Assembly: GCA_964490845.1 (NCBI GenBank)
Contig: CAZBED010000005.1
Location: forward strand, 24,168-88,167
Reading direction: 5' to 3'
DNA from: an uncultured Chitinophagales bacterium
Lineage (GTDB): Bacteria; Bacteroidota; Bacteroidia; Chitinophagales; JADIYW01
DNA: 64,000 nucleotides
The position numbers and the translations under genes are program-made. Each line of letters starts with the position of its first letter. Position 1 is the first letter of the stretch. Shown here piece by piece: positions 19,185-28,100 of this stretch. The notes beneath the pieces were generated by a model. That model saw only the letters and a list, made by a program, of their open reading frames with translations. It was not told the DNA's origin and made no database searches.

Positions 19185-19991
19185 TTATCGTGTTAACAGG
19201 CCGGCATCCAGCACAAAAGATGAACCGGTCACAAAACGGGCTTTTTCAGAAGCCAGAAAAACAACCGCATTAGCGACATCTTCCGGTTCTACCCAGGGTA
19301 CATCTATCAGATTTCCGGCAGAACGTTCCGCTATCTCCTGCGCAGTTGTTCCTTCCAAAAAGGCCAATCCGTCATTCATGGGTGTGTTGACACCAGTTGG
19401 ATGTAATGCAATCACACGAACATTGAACGGCGCCAATTCAATTGCCCAGGATTTTGTCAGGCCGGTCAATCCCCATTTGGAGGCGGCATAATGGCTCAGG
19501 CGATTCATGCCTCGCAGACCGGCAATCGAAGAGTTATTGATAATGACCCCTGATTTCTGTTCTTTAAAGATAGGTACCACCCGTCGCGCAACCAACCACG
19601 CTCCTTTCAGGTTAATATCAATCATGGCATCCCATTCCTCTTCGGTCAATTCATCTACCAAACCATACGCACAGATTCCCGCGTTATTGAACAAAATATC
19701 AATCTTGCCGAAAAATGCTTTCACATTGTTAACAGCGTGTGTAATATTTTCATCGTTGCGTACGTCCCCGCGATATACTTCGCAGGAAACACCCAACGCC
19801 TCGCACTCTGTCTTCAAGGTTTGCAAATCGTCCTCAGAACCCATAGAATAGCCGGGATATGCCATAGGCCGGGCGATATCAAATGCAGCGATATGTACAC
19901 CTTCTTTCGCCAGAGCCAATGCCGATGCCCTGCCTTGTCCGTGTGCCGCCCCGGTTACAAAGGCAACTTTTCCTTTCAAATCTGAACTCAT
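19185..19991 (-). CDS. SDR family oxidoreductase (carveol-dehydrogenase / mycofactocin-coupled-SDR-like subfamily)
   Basis: VTGAAHGQGRASALALAKEG, an insertion DIARPMAYPGYSMGSEDDLQTL, NNAG, and S...YAASK. Confidence 0.85.
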   Translation of the reverse strand: MSSDLKGKVAFVTGAAHGQGRASALALAKEGVHIAAFDIARPMAYPGYSMGSEDDLQTLKTECEALGVSCEVYRGDVRNDENITHAVNNVKAFFGKIDILFNNAGICAYGLVDELTEEEWDAMIDINLKGAWLVARRVVPIFKEQKSGVIINNSSIAGLRGMNRLSHYAASKWGLTGLTKSWAIELAPFNVRVIALHPTGVNTPMNDGLAFLEGTTAQEIAERSAGNLIDVPWVEPEDVANAVVFLASEKARFVTGSSFVLDAGLLTR

Positions 19992-20000
19992 AATGTGCTG

Positions 20001-20534
20001 TTATTTTTTAAATGGTAAATAGGAAAACAAATATTCGTCAATATCCGTATTAATGGCATTACTGAAAACATTGGTGGCTATCATTTGCCCCGCAAACGCA
20101 ATCAACTCTACCAGTTGCGGTGTAGTGTATAATTCACTGACCCGGACAAATAACTCGTCAGAAACCTTCCCTTGTTTCAGTGAAATCTCGCTGCCAAAAT
20201 CAAGCAGCAACTGTTCCTGTTCCGTTAACATCAACTCATCCGGCTTTTCCCCGTTATCGATAATAATTTTTCTGAAGAAAGTTGTGCACAATGGACAATT
20301 GCTTCCTTTGGAGATGGAAAAAGCGAATAAATAGGCCAGCCGTTCTCCTGTTATTGCTTTTATCCTTTCATACAACGTATACCATTCCATATATACTTCA
20401 AAAGCGACCTTTGAATACCCTAAGGTGGCTTTCATGTTGGTAATTCTTGCATTATAGTTATGCTTGTGCAATTCGTAAGCTGCAATTGTTTCCGATGGCG
20501 TTTCATGGAGAGGCAATGGTTGTATTCTTGACAT
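20001..20534 (-). CDS. carboxymuconolactone decarboxylase / AhpD-like family protein
   Basis: All-helical 177-aa protein with a CxxC-type motif (GSNCPLCTTFF), as in AhpD-like proteins. Confidence 0.65.
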   Translation of the reverse strand: MSRIQPLPLHETPSETIAAYELHKHNYNARITNMKATLGYSKVAFEVYMEWYTLYERIKAITGERLAYLFAFSISKGSNCPLCTTFFRKIIIDNGEKPDELMLTEQEQLLLDFGSEISLKQGKVSDELFVRVSELYTTPQLVELIAFAGQMIATNVFSNAINTDIDEYLFSYLPFKK

Positions 20535-20593
20535 AAACTATACTAAGTTAGTAGAGTAAATATAAAAAATTATAAAGACATTACAGCAATTAG

Positions 20594-20601
20594 TTAATTT
20601 T
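20594..20601 (+). promoter_or_regulatory. candidate -7 box TAATTTTG upstream of ftcD
   Basis: Exact TAnnTTTG 9 nt before ATG 20611. No clear -33 TTTG. Confidence 0.25.
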
Positions 20602-20610
20602 GTTTCATTC

Positions 20611-21576
20611 ATGTTTTTAGCAGAAGACCAACTCATAGAATGTGTGCCTAATTTTTCGGAAGGAAGAAATCAAACTACCATTGATGCGATTGCAACCGTC
20701 ATTAAAAAAATTGCCGGTGTTAAACTGATGCATGTGGATGCCGGTTATGATGCCAACAGAACAGTTTACACTTTTGCCGGAAAGCCTCTGTCCGTTCTGG
20801 AAGCGGCCTATCAGGCTCTTAAGACTGCAAATGAACGGATAGACATGCGTTTGCAAAAAGGTGAACATCCGCGGATGGGCGCCTGTGATGTTTGTCCGCT
20901 GATACCCCTGCAGCATATTTCCATGGAAGAGGTAGCGGAGCTTTCAAAACAATTGGGCAAACGTATCGGTGATTTAGGAATACCTGTGTATTTGTACGAA
21001 TATTCAGCAAGTTCACCCGAAAGAAAAAGTCTATCATTTCTGCGCAAGGGGGAATATGAAAGCATTTCCCAGAAGATACAACATCAGGAGTGGAAACCGG
21101 ATTTCGGCCCTTCCCTTTTCAATGAAAAATTTGGCATGATGGCGCTGGGAGCACGCAAGTTTCTGATAGCTTACAATGTAAACCTGAAGAGTAAAGATCT
21201 GAGCATTGCAAAAAAAATAGCGCAGGATATCCGTGAAATTCGCACAAAGAATGACGGATCTTATGAAAGCAACCTGTTACAGCATGTGAGAGCCATCGGC
21301 TGGTGGATGGATGAATTTCAATGCACACAGGTCTCCACCAATATTACAGATATCATTGCCAGTCCTTTGATTGAGGTGTTTGACTGCATCCGGAAGATTA
21401 GCGGAAATTATGGTGTTGAAGTGAATGGAAGCGAATTGATTGGCCTGGTTCCGGAGCTTGCGTTACGGCATCCCCGTATGTCTGTTGGGGAAGCTGCAAA
21501 CTATCTTGGTCTGGATGCGGTAAAACCTTTCAATATCCGGGAAAGAGTGATAGAATACAACCTGCGGGAAGTTTAA
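20611..21576 (+). CDS. ftcD: glutamate formimidoyltransferase (stand-alone formiminotransferase domain)
   Basis: The hallmark N-terminus LIECVPNFSEGRN and a two-subdomain length of 321 aa. No cyclodeaminase domain is attached. Confidence 0.9.
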   Translation: MFLAEDQLIECVPNFSEGRNQTTIDAIATVIKKIAGVKLMHVDAGYDANRTVYTFAGKPLSVLEAAYQALKTANERIDMRLQKGEHPRMGACDVCPLIPLQHISMEEVAELSKQLGKRIGDLGIPVYLYEYSASSPERKSLSFLRKGEYESISQKIQHQEWKPDFGPSLFNEKFGMMALGARKFLIAYNVNLKSKDLSIAKKIAQDIREIRTKNDGSYESNLLQHVRAIGWWMDEFQCTQVSTNITDIIASPLIEVFDCIRKISGNYGVEVNGSELIGLVPELALRHPRMSVGEAANYLGLDAVKPFNIRERVIEYNLREV

Positions 21577-21646
21577 CAAACTTTTAAGTACCTCTTTGTT
21601 TCAAGAATGGCAAATAACTGCTAACTTAACCTTACAATTTTCTGAT

Positions 21647-22186
21647 ATGACAAAGTATATCCTGTTTTTAGCTGCCGGCGCTGCATTCTGGACATTGATG
21701 GAGTATATTATCCATCGTTTTCTTGGACATCAGAAAAAAGGGAAACAGATCATCAAAAAGGAGCACCAGCGTCACCATGCGGAAGCACATTATTTCGCAC
21801 CAATAATTAAGAAAATTGCGTTGGCCACCGTTGTGCTATCTTTTACCACGTTGGCAACAGGGCTTCTTTTTAACTTTAAAACGGGTTTTACATTTTCACT
21901 AGGATTTGCCGGCATGTATTTTATCTACGAAATCACACACCGACGGTTCCACATCCGGGAGCCGCTCATTCGGTACGGACTAAGAATGCGCAAACATCAT
22001 TTTTATCATCATTTTGGAAACCCAAATGTTAATCACGGTGTGACAACCGCACTATGGGACAGAATATTCGGTACTTTCCAAAAACCTACTATCGTGAAAG
22101 TGCCCAGTAAAATGGCAATGACATGGCTGAAAGACAACAACCAAAAACTAAAGCCAAAATATCAGAAGCATTTCAACATGCATTAA
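21647..22186 (+). CDS. fatty acid hydroxylase / sterol desaturase superfamily protein (small, membrane)
   Basis: Histidine boxes HRFLGH, HQRHH and HHFYHH. Start moved from TTG 21596 to ATG 21647 (MTKYILFL). Confidence 0.7.
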   Translation: MTKYILFLAAGAAFWTLMEYIIHRFLGHQKKGKQIIKKEHQRHHAEAHYFAPIIKKIALATVVLSFTTLATGLLFNFKTGFTFSLGFAGMYFIYEITHRRFHIREPLIRYGLRMRKHHFYHHFGNPNVNHGVTTALWDRIFGTFQKPTIVKVPSKMAMTWLKDNNQKLKPKYQKHFNMH

Positions 22187-22256
22187 TGACGTTCATTTAA
22201 TCTTTTTTGCGCCGGAATTAAAAGTATTCTTTGCACCTTTGCAATAATACACCTGC

Positions 22257-23156
22257 ATGAACCATCCCATTCTTCTTTTTGGACTGTTTTTACTGGGAAT
22301 TGCTGCTCAATTTTTTAGCTTCATCCCCAAAGACCTGTTCCGGAAGATAAACAAATTCATCATTTTTGTTCCGCTTCCCGCCATCACCTTATCCAAGATT
22401 CCTCACTTAAATATCACTCAGGAAGTCATCTACCCCATCGCATCTGCATGGATAATTTTTTTTATGAGTATCCTCTATGCATTTGCTGCCGCTAAATTCC
22501 TGAAATGGGATAAAAAAACGATTGCATGTATCATTTTATGCTGCGGGCTTGGCAATACGTCATTTGTCGGCTTTCCCATTTTGAGTTATTTTTATGGCGA
22601 ACAAAGCATCCGGTATGCCATTTTTGTGGATCAGCCCGGTAGCTTTTTGATTATGTCAACACTGGGAGTGTTGATTGCAGCCTATTTCAGTTCTTCCGAT
22701 TACACACAGAAAGATATTATCAAACGCCTCTTAAAATTTCCGCCATTCCTTGTGTTTATCGTTGCTTTGTTTATTCCCGAAAATTACATTGAGGGAAATA
22801 TCCTAAACACACTTGAACCTACCGGCATGCTGATGATTCCACTCGCGATGCTATCACTTGGCCTTCAGTTTAAATGGCATCTGAAAGAAATTGCGTGGCG
22901 CAATTTTTTTGCCGGAATTTTCTATAAATTAATATTAGCCCCGTTGGTTATTTTTGTACTCTTCTTCCTTATTCTAGACAAACGAACTGAGTTGCACACT
23001 ATATCTGTACTGGAATGTGCCATGCCGCCGATGATTACCTCATCTATTATGGCTACAGAATATGAACTGGATGAAAAGCTTGCAAATGCATTGCCTACAC
23101 TGGGTATTTTATTTTCAATCCCCACCTTATTTTTCTGGAAATGGATATTGGGTTGA
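22257..23156 (+). CDS. AEC (auxin efflux carrier) family transporter
   Basis: 299-aa polytopic membrane protein. Its repeat halves and LGNTSFVGFPI motif are typical of AEC permeases. Confidence 0.75.
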   Translation: MNHPILLFGLFLLGIAAQFFSFIPKDLFRKINKFIIFVPLPAITLSKIPHLNITQEVIYPIASAWIIFFMSILYAFAAAKFLKWDKKTIACIILCCGLGNTSFVGFPILSYFYGEQSIRYAIFVDQPGSFLIMSTLGVLIAAYFSSSDYTQKDIIKRLLKFPPFLVFIVALFIPENYIEGNILNTLEPTGMLMIPLAMLSLGLQFKWHLKEIAWRNFFAGIFYKLILAPLVIFVLFFLILDKRTELHTISVLECAMPPMITSSIMATEYELDEKLANALPTLGILFSIPTLFFWKWILG

Positions 23157-23158
23157 AG

Positions 23159-23794
23159 TCATTCAATTTCCTTCAACACATCAATAATCGATAGATACAT
23201 AGTATCAAAATAATCAGGAATAGCTGATTCTTTAACCCAAATGGCTTGTTCTATATCTTCTTCCAACTGCGGTATTAAATCTGCTTCAAAATCAGTCTCC
23301 ATCTTAAACCAGTACGAAACTTTTAATGCCAGTTCATCATCAATAAAGTAAGAATGATAAGTAGCTGTGTTTTTTAGTTTTCTGAAGTGAATCGGTGCGA
23401 TGATACGCACATTCTCTATTCCCGTTTCTTCGATTACTTCTCTCACGGCGGCCTGTTCTATCGTTTCACCTTTGTCTATTTTTCCTTTCGGCAAATCCCA
23501 AAAACCTCTTCTATGAATCAGCAACACCTCTCCTTTTGAATTTTTAACTACGCCACCGGCAGCCTCAATACATCTGAAGAAAGAGCATACTTCCTTAAAA
23601 ACCATATCTGTATCATTATGAAACAGAATAATATTGTTCCGGTTCTCGTTATTTAGAATAATTCTTAAAGTATTCTTAAAATTTTCTTTGGAGGTGTAGG
23701 CTTCAATGATAAAATCTTCATGCATTAAATTTTCCACAAAAGCCGGATTTTGACACAGGTAAACTACCTTGTTATTGATAAAAAGTTTATACAT
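23159..23794 (-). CDS. NUDIX hydrolase with N-terminal extension
   Basis: Nudix box GKIDKGETIEQAAVREVIEETG. Confidence 0.85.
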   Translation of the reverse strand: MYKLFINNKVVYLCQNPAFVENLMHEDFIIEAYTSKENFKNTLRIILNNENRNNIILFHNDTDMVFKEVCSFFRCIEAAGGVVKNSKGEVLLIHRRGFWDLPKGKIDKGETIEQAAVREVIEETGIENVRIIAPIHFRKLKNTATYHSYFIDDELALKVSYWFKMETDFEADLIPQLEEDIEQAIWVKESAIPDYFDTMYLSIIDVLKEIE

Positions 23795-23849
23795 TTACGA
23801 TACCTAATTTTAGAGATTATTATTCATCCTTCTGCTCACACTTATACGC

Positions 23850-24506
23850 ATGGAAAACAACGCATATAAAGAAAAACTCGCAGAGTATCTGCTGCAAATA
23901 AAAGCAATTCAACTGAACACACAAAATCCTTTTACCTGGGCGAGTGGCATGAAGTCACCGGTATATTGTGATAATCGAAAGTTACTCTCCTATCCGGAAG
24001 TGAGAAATTTTGTAAAAGAAGGATTAATCAGCCTGGTAAATGAATATTTCCCGCATACCGATTGTATAGCCGGAGTAGCCACAGCCGGCATACCGCATGG
24101 AGCCATTATTGCAGATGCCTTAAACCTGCCGTTTATTTATGTCCGGTCCAAACCTAAAGAACATGGGCTGACTAATACCATTGAAGGAGATTTGCGGCAC
24201 GGCCAGCGCGTGTTAGTGGTAGAAGATACCATTTCAACGGGAGGCAGTTCCTTAAAAGCAGTAAGCGACCTGCGTTTGGCTGGCGCTGAAGTCATAGGAA
24301 TGATTGCTATCTACAAATACGGATTTGAATCGGCGAAACAGCGGTTCGATGCAGAAGGTGTGGTTTTAAAAACGCTGACAAATTACGAATTTCTGATTCG
24401 CGTTGCAGCCAAGGATGGTTATATTTCTACTGATGAATTAAGCACCTTAAATACCTGGCAAGCTAATCCTCAGGACTGGTGGCATAATCAACAACAAGCT
24501 CAATAA
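23850..24506 (+). CDS. pyrE: orotate phosphoribosyltransferase
   Basis: FTWASGMKSPVYCDNR and the PRPP loop VLVVEDTISTGGS. Confidence 0.93.
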   Translation: MENNAYKEKLAEYLLQIKAIQLNTQNPFTWASGMKSPVYCDNRKLLSYPEVRNFVKEGLISLVNEYFPHTDCIAGVATAGIPHGAIIADALNLPFIYVRSKPKEHGLTNTIEGDLRHGQRVLVVEDTISTGGSSLKAVSDLRLAGAEVIGMIAIYKYGFESAKQRFDAEGVVLKTLTNYEFLIRVAAKDGYISTDELSTLNTWQANPQDWWHNQQQAQ

Positions 24507-24517
24507 AAAACTGTGAC

Positions 24518-25135
24518 ATGCTCTTATCCATTAACCTATTAAGCTGGCAAACCTGGGCAGTGCCGTTAATTGGCGCTTTCATTGGCTGGATTACTAACTG
24601 GTTAGCCATTAAAATGCTGTTTCACCCGAGAAAACCTTTCAAGGTATTATTTATTACCTTTCATGGAATATTCCCAAAAAACAAACCACGTATAGCCGAA
24701 AAGCTTGGAACAATTGTTGAAAGGGATCTAATCAACTTTTCTGACATAAAGGAAAGAATGCAGGACACGGACGCGTTGAATCATTTCAAGGAAGAGATAG
24801 CCATTCGGGTAGATAATGCGATTCGGGACAGAATTGAAAAAAGCGCTTTACTGGATGCCATTGTTCCTGACCAACTGATACAAAGCGTACATAAAACAAT
24901 TGTGACTGAAATTGAAAGAAACCTTCCTACTGTAATCGATTCTTCCATCACTAAAATTGAACAAAAATTAGATATCCAGAAACTCGTACAAAATAAAGTA
25001 GCAAATTTCTCCGACGAACGTCTGGAACAATTGCTTCTGGATATCACTTCGAAAGAATTCCGCTTCATTGAAATAATCGGCGGTGTCCTTGGTTTTATAA
25101 TAGGAATTATACAACTACTGATCAGTGCGTTGTAA
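24518..25135 (+). CDS. DUF445 family membrane-associated protein
   Basis: GAFIGWITNWLAIKMLFHPRKP N-terminus and a C-terminal hydrophobic helix, as in YheB/DUF445 proteins. Confidence 0.6.
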   Translation: MLLSINLLSWQTWAVPLIGAFIGWITNWLAIKMLFHPRKPFKVLFITFHGIFPKNKPRIAEKLGTIVERDLINFSDIKERMQDTDALNHFKEEIAIRVDNAIRDRIEKSALLDAIVPDQLIQSVHKTIVTEIERNLPTVIDSSITKIEQKLDIQKLVQNKVANFSDERLEQLLLDITSKEFRFIEIIGGVLGFIIGIIQLLISAL

Positions 25136-25149
25136 TATACATTTGCGCG

Positions 25150-28100
25150 TTACTTTATAATGGTAACCGTTCCTTTCTTTGAAAGCAATTTCCCGTTATA
25201 GCAGGTAAAACTAACCACATAAACATATGCATCCGACAATGCTGCTCCCCCTTTATACATGCCATCCCAGCAGTCATTTTCATCCAGTGCCTCAAACACT
25301 TTCTCTCCCCAACGATTGAAGATGGTCATTTTGTAATTTGTCAGTTTGGGCGGAGACATAATACCAAAACAATCATTCACTCCGTCTCTGTTAGGAGAAA
25401 ACGCATTAGGCATATAGATGAAATCTTCCGTGCATTCGTCAATCAATCGGACTAAAACTGTATCGGAATTAACACAATTATTAGTATCTCTGACTGTAAC
25501 GCTATATTGTGTTGTTGCCTTAATAATTGTTGTTGGATTTTGTATACTGTCATTACTGACCTGATCAGAAGGAATCCAGTTAAACGTTAAAGGCATTGAT
25601 CCATTTGCAGTCAGCTGAACCTCTTGTTCGTATTTTGCATCCGCAATATCTGAAGTGGCATTGACGACAGGTAACGGATGAACAGTAACTTTTAAAATAT
25701 CATTTACCTTACAATTATTTCCATAAGTGATTTCAAAAGGTACATTCGTATTGGACAGGTTATTGAATGTAAAAGTGGAATTCGTATTGGTTGTCACCGT
25801 ACTTCCGTTCATCCATTTTATTGTAAAATCAGGGTCAGGAGTAGCATTTATCAATAAATCAACGGCTTGAGAATCCTTCTGACAATACGACACTATTGGT
25901 TTGGTATAGGTAACCTTATTCAGATTGACGATAATCGAATTACTTGTGGCTGTTTTTGGATTAGCACATGCCGCATTACTGGTAACAATCACCTTCACTT
26001 CGTCATTACTGCTCAAATTGGATGCTGTAAATTGAGCACTATTGGTTCCCACAGGATTAGAATTCAACAACCATTGATACGTCGGATTTGAACCGGCATC
26101 AACCGGAGTCGCTTTAAATGTTACAATATCTCCCGGACATAAATCTGTCTTACTGGCTGTAATCGTTACGGATGGCGACAGCACATTGGTAACTGTAAGA
26201 TTTAAACGTACAGTACTATCACATCCCAGCGAAGTCTGTAAAACCACAGAAAAATTTCCCGTCTGGTTAAAGGTTTGGGAGCCGATTCGCACACTATCAT
26301 CCGAACAGATTGATTTATTCACGGTTGTTGATTTGGTTGGTTTTACCAGAACAAACGAGGTTGTTGTGCCTGTACAGCCATTCGTTGTTCCAGTAACCGT
26401 ATAGGTTTGTGAAGTGCTCAATATAGGTGTAGTAACATTCGGGCCATTGCCCAATCCGCCTGTCCAACTGTAAGTTGTTGCACCATTGGCAGCCAGTCCT
26501 GCAGTTTGACCACTGCATATACTCGGATTATTTACTGTTACTGACGGATTTAATTTTACCGTTACACTCGCGGTAGCAGTCCCTGTACACCCGTTCGCAG
26601 TTCCTGTAACGGTATACGTCTGATTAGATGATAAAGCCGGTGTGCTGACTGTTGTACCACTCCCCAAACCACCAGACCAGATATATGTAGCAGCGCCCGC
26701 AGCGGTAAGTGAAGCCGTTTGTCCATCACAGATACTCGGTGAATTCACGGTTACAGCCGGATTAGGTGTAACATTAACAGTAGCTGTTGCCGTTCCGGTA
26801 CACCCATTGGTGGTTCCGGTAACTGTATATGACATTGTTGAGTTCAATGCCGGTGTTGTCGCCGGATTGCCGCTTAAGCCGCCCGACCAGATATAAGTTG
26901 TTGCTCCGTTTGCATTCAATACAGTTGTCAGGCCACTGCAAATCGTAGAATTGTTAACGGTAACAACAGGATTGGGCTTTACAGTTACTGTAGATATAGC
27001 CGTTCCGGTACATCCATTCGTAGTTCCGGTAACAGTATATGTTGTAGTGGTATTCAGTGCAGGGGTTGTAACCGGATTACCACTTAATCCACCCGTCCAG
27101 ATATACGTTGTCGCACCATTTGCTGTAAGTGCAGCTGTTTGGCCGCTGCAAATTGCAGGACTGTTTACATTAACAATAGGATTGGGAGTAACTGTTACTG
27201 TCGCTACTGCCGTACCTGTACAGCCACTTGTCGTTCCTGTTACAGTATACGTTTGAGTACCTGACAATGCAGGAGTTGTTGCAGGATTACCACTCAAGCC
27301 ACCCGTCCAGGTATAAGTGGTACCTCCACTGGCAGTCAGGACAGCGGTTTGTCCATCACATATTGTCGGGCTATTGACAACGATTAACAAATTTGTACTG
27401 ACATTAACAGTAGCAACAGCTGTACCCGTACAGCCATTTGTAGTTCCGGTTACTGTATAAGTTTGAGTACTGGTCAATAGCGGAGTTGTTGCCGGATTGC
27501 CACTCAGGCCACCCGTCCAGGTATATGAGGCTGCGCCATTGGCGGTTAGTGTAGCAGTTTGATTATTACATATTGTTGGACTATTAACTGTCACAATAGG
27601 GTTAGGTTTAACTGTTACTGTTGCTACAGCTGTACCTGTACATCCATTTGTTGTCCCTGTTACAGTATAAGTAGTAGTGGTATTTAAGGCCGGTGTTGTC
27701 GCCGGATTCCCGTTAAGTCCGCCTGTCCAGCTATATGTTGCTGCACCATTGGCTGTCAGTGAAGCTACTTGGCCGTTGCAGATACTCGGGCTATTGACTG
27801 TTACTGTTGGATTCGGTTTCACGGTTACTGTTGCCGATGCTGTTCCGGTACATCCGTTTGTAGTTCCTGTAACAGTATATGTAGTCGTGGAATTCAACGA
27901 CGGTATTGTTGCAGGGTTACCACTTAATCCTCCAGTCCAACTGTACGTTGTCGCACCATTTGCTGTTAATGAAGTTGTCTGGCCATCACAAATACTTGGG
28001 CTGTTAACTGTTACTATTGGATTTGGCTTTACAGTTACCGTTGCCACTGCTGTTCCGGTACACCCATTTGTTGTTCCGGTTACTGTGTAGGTAGTGGTAC

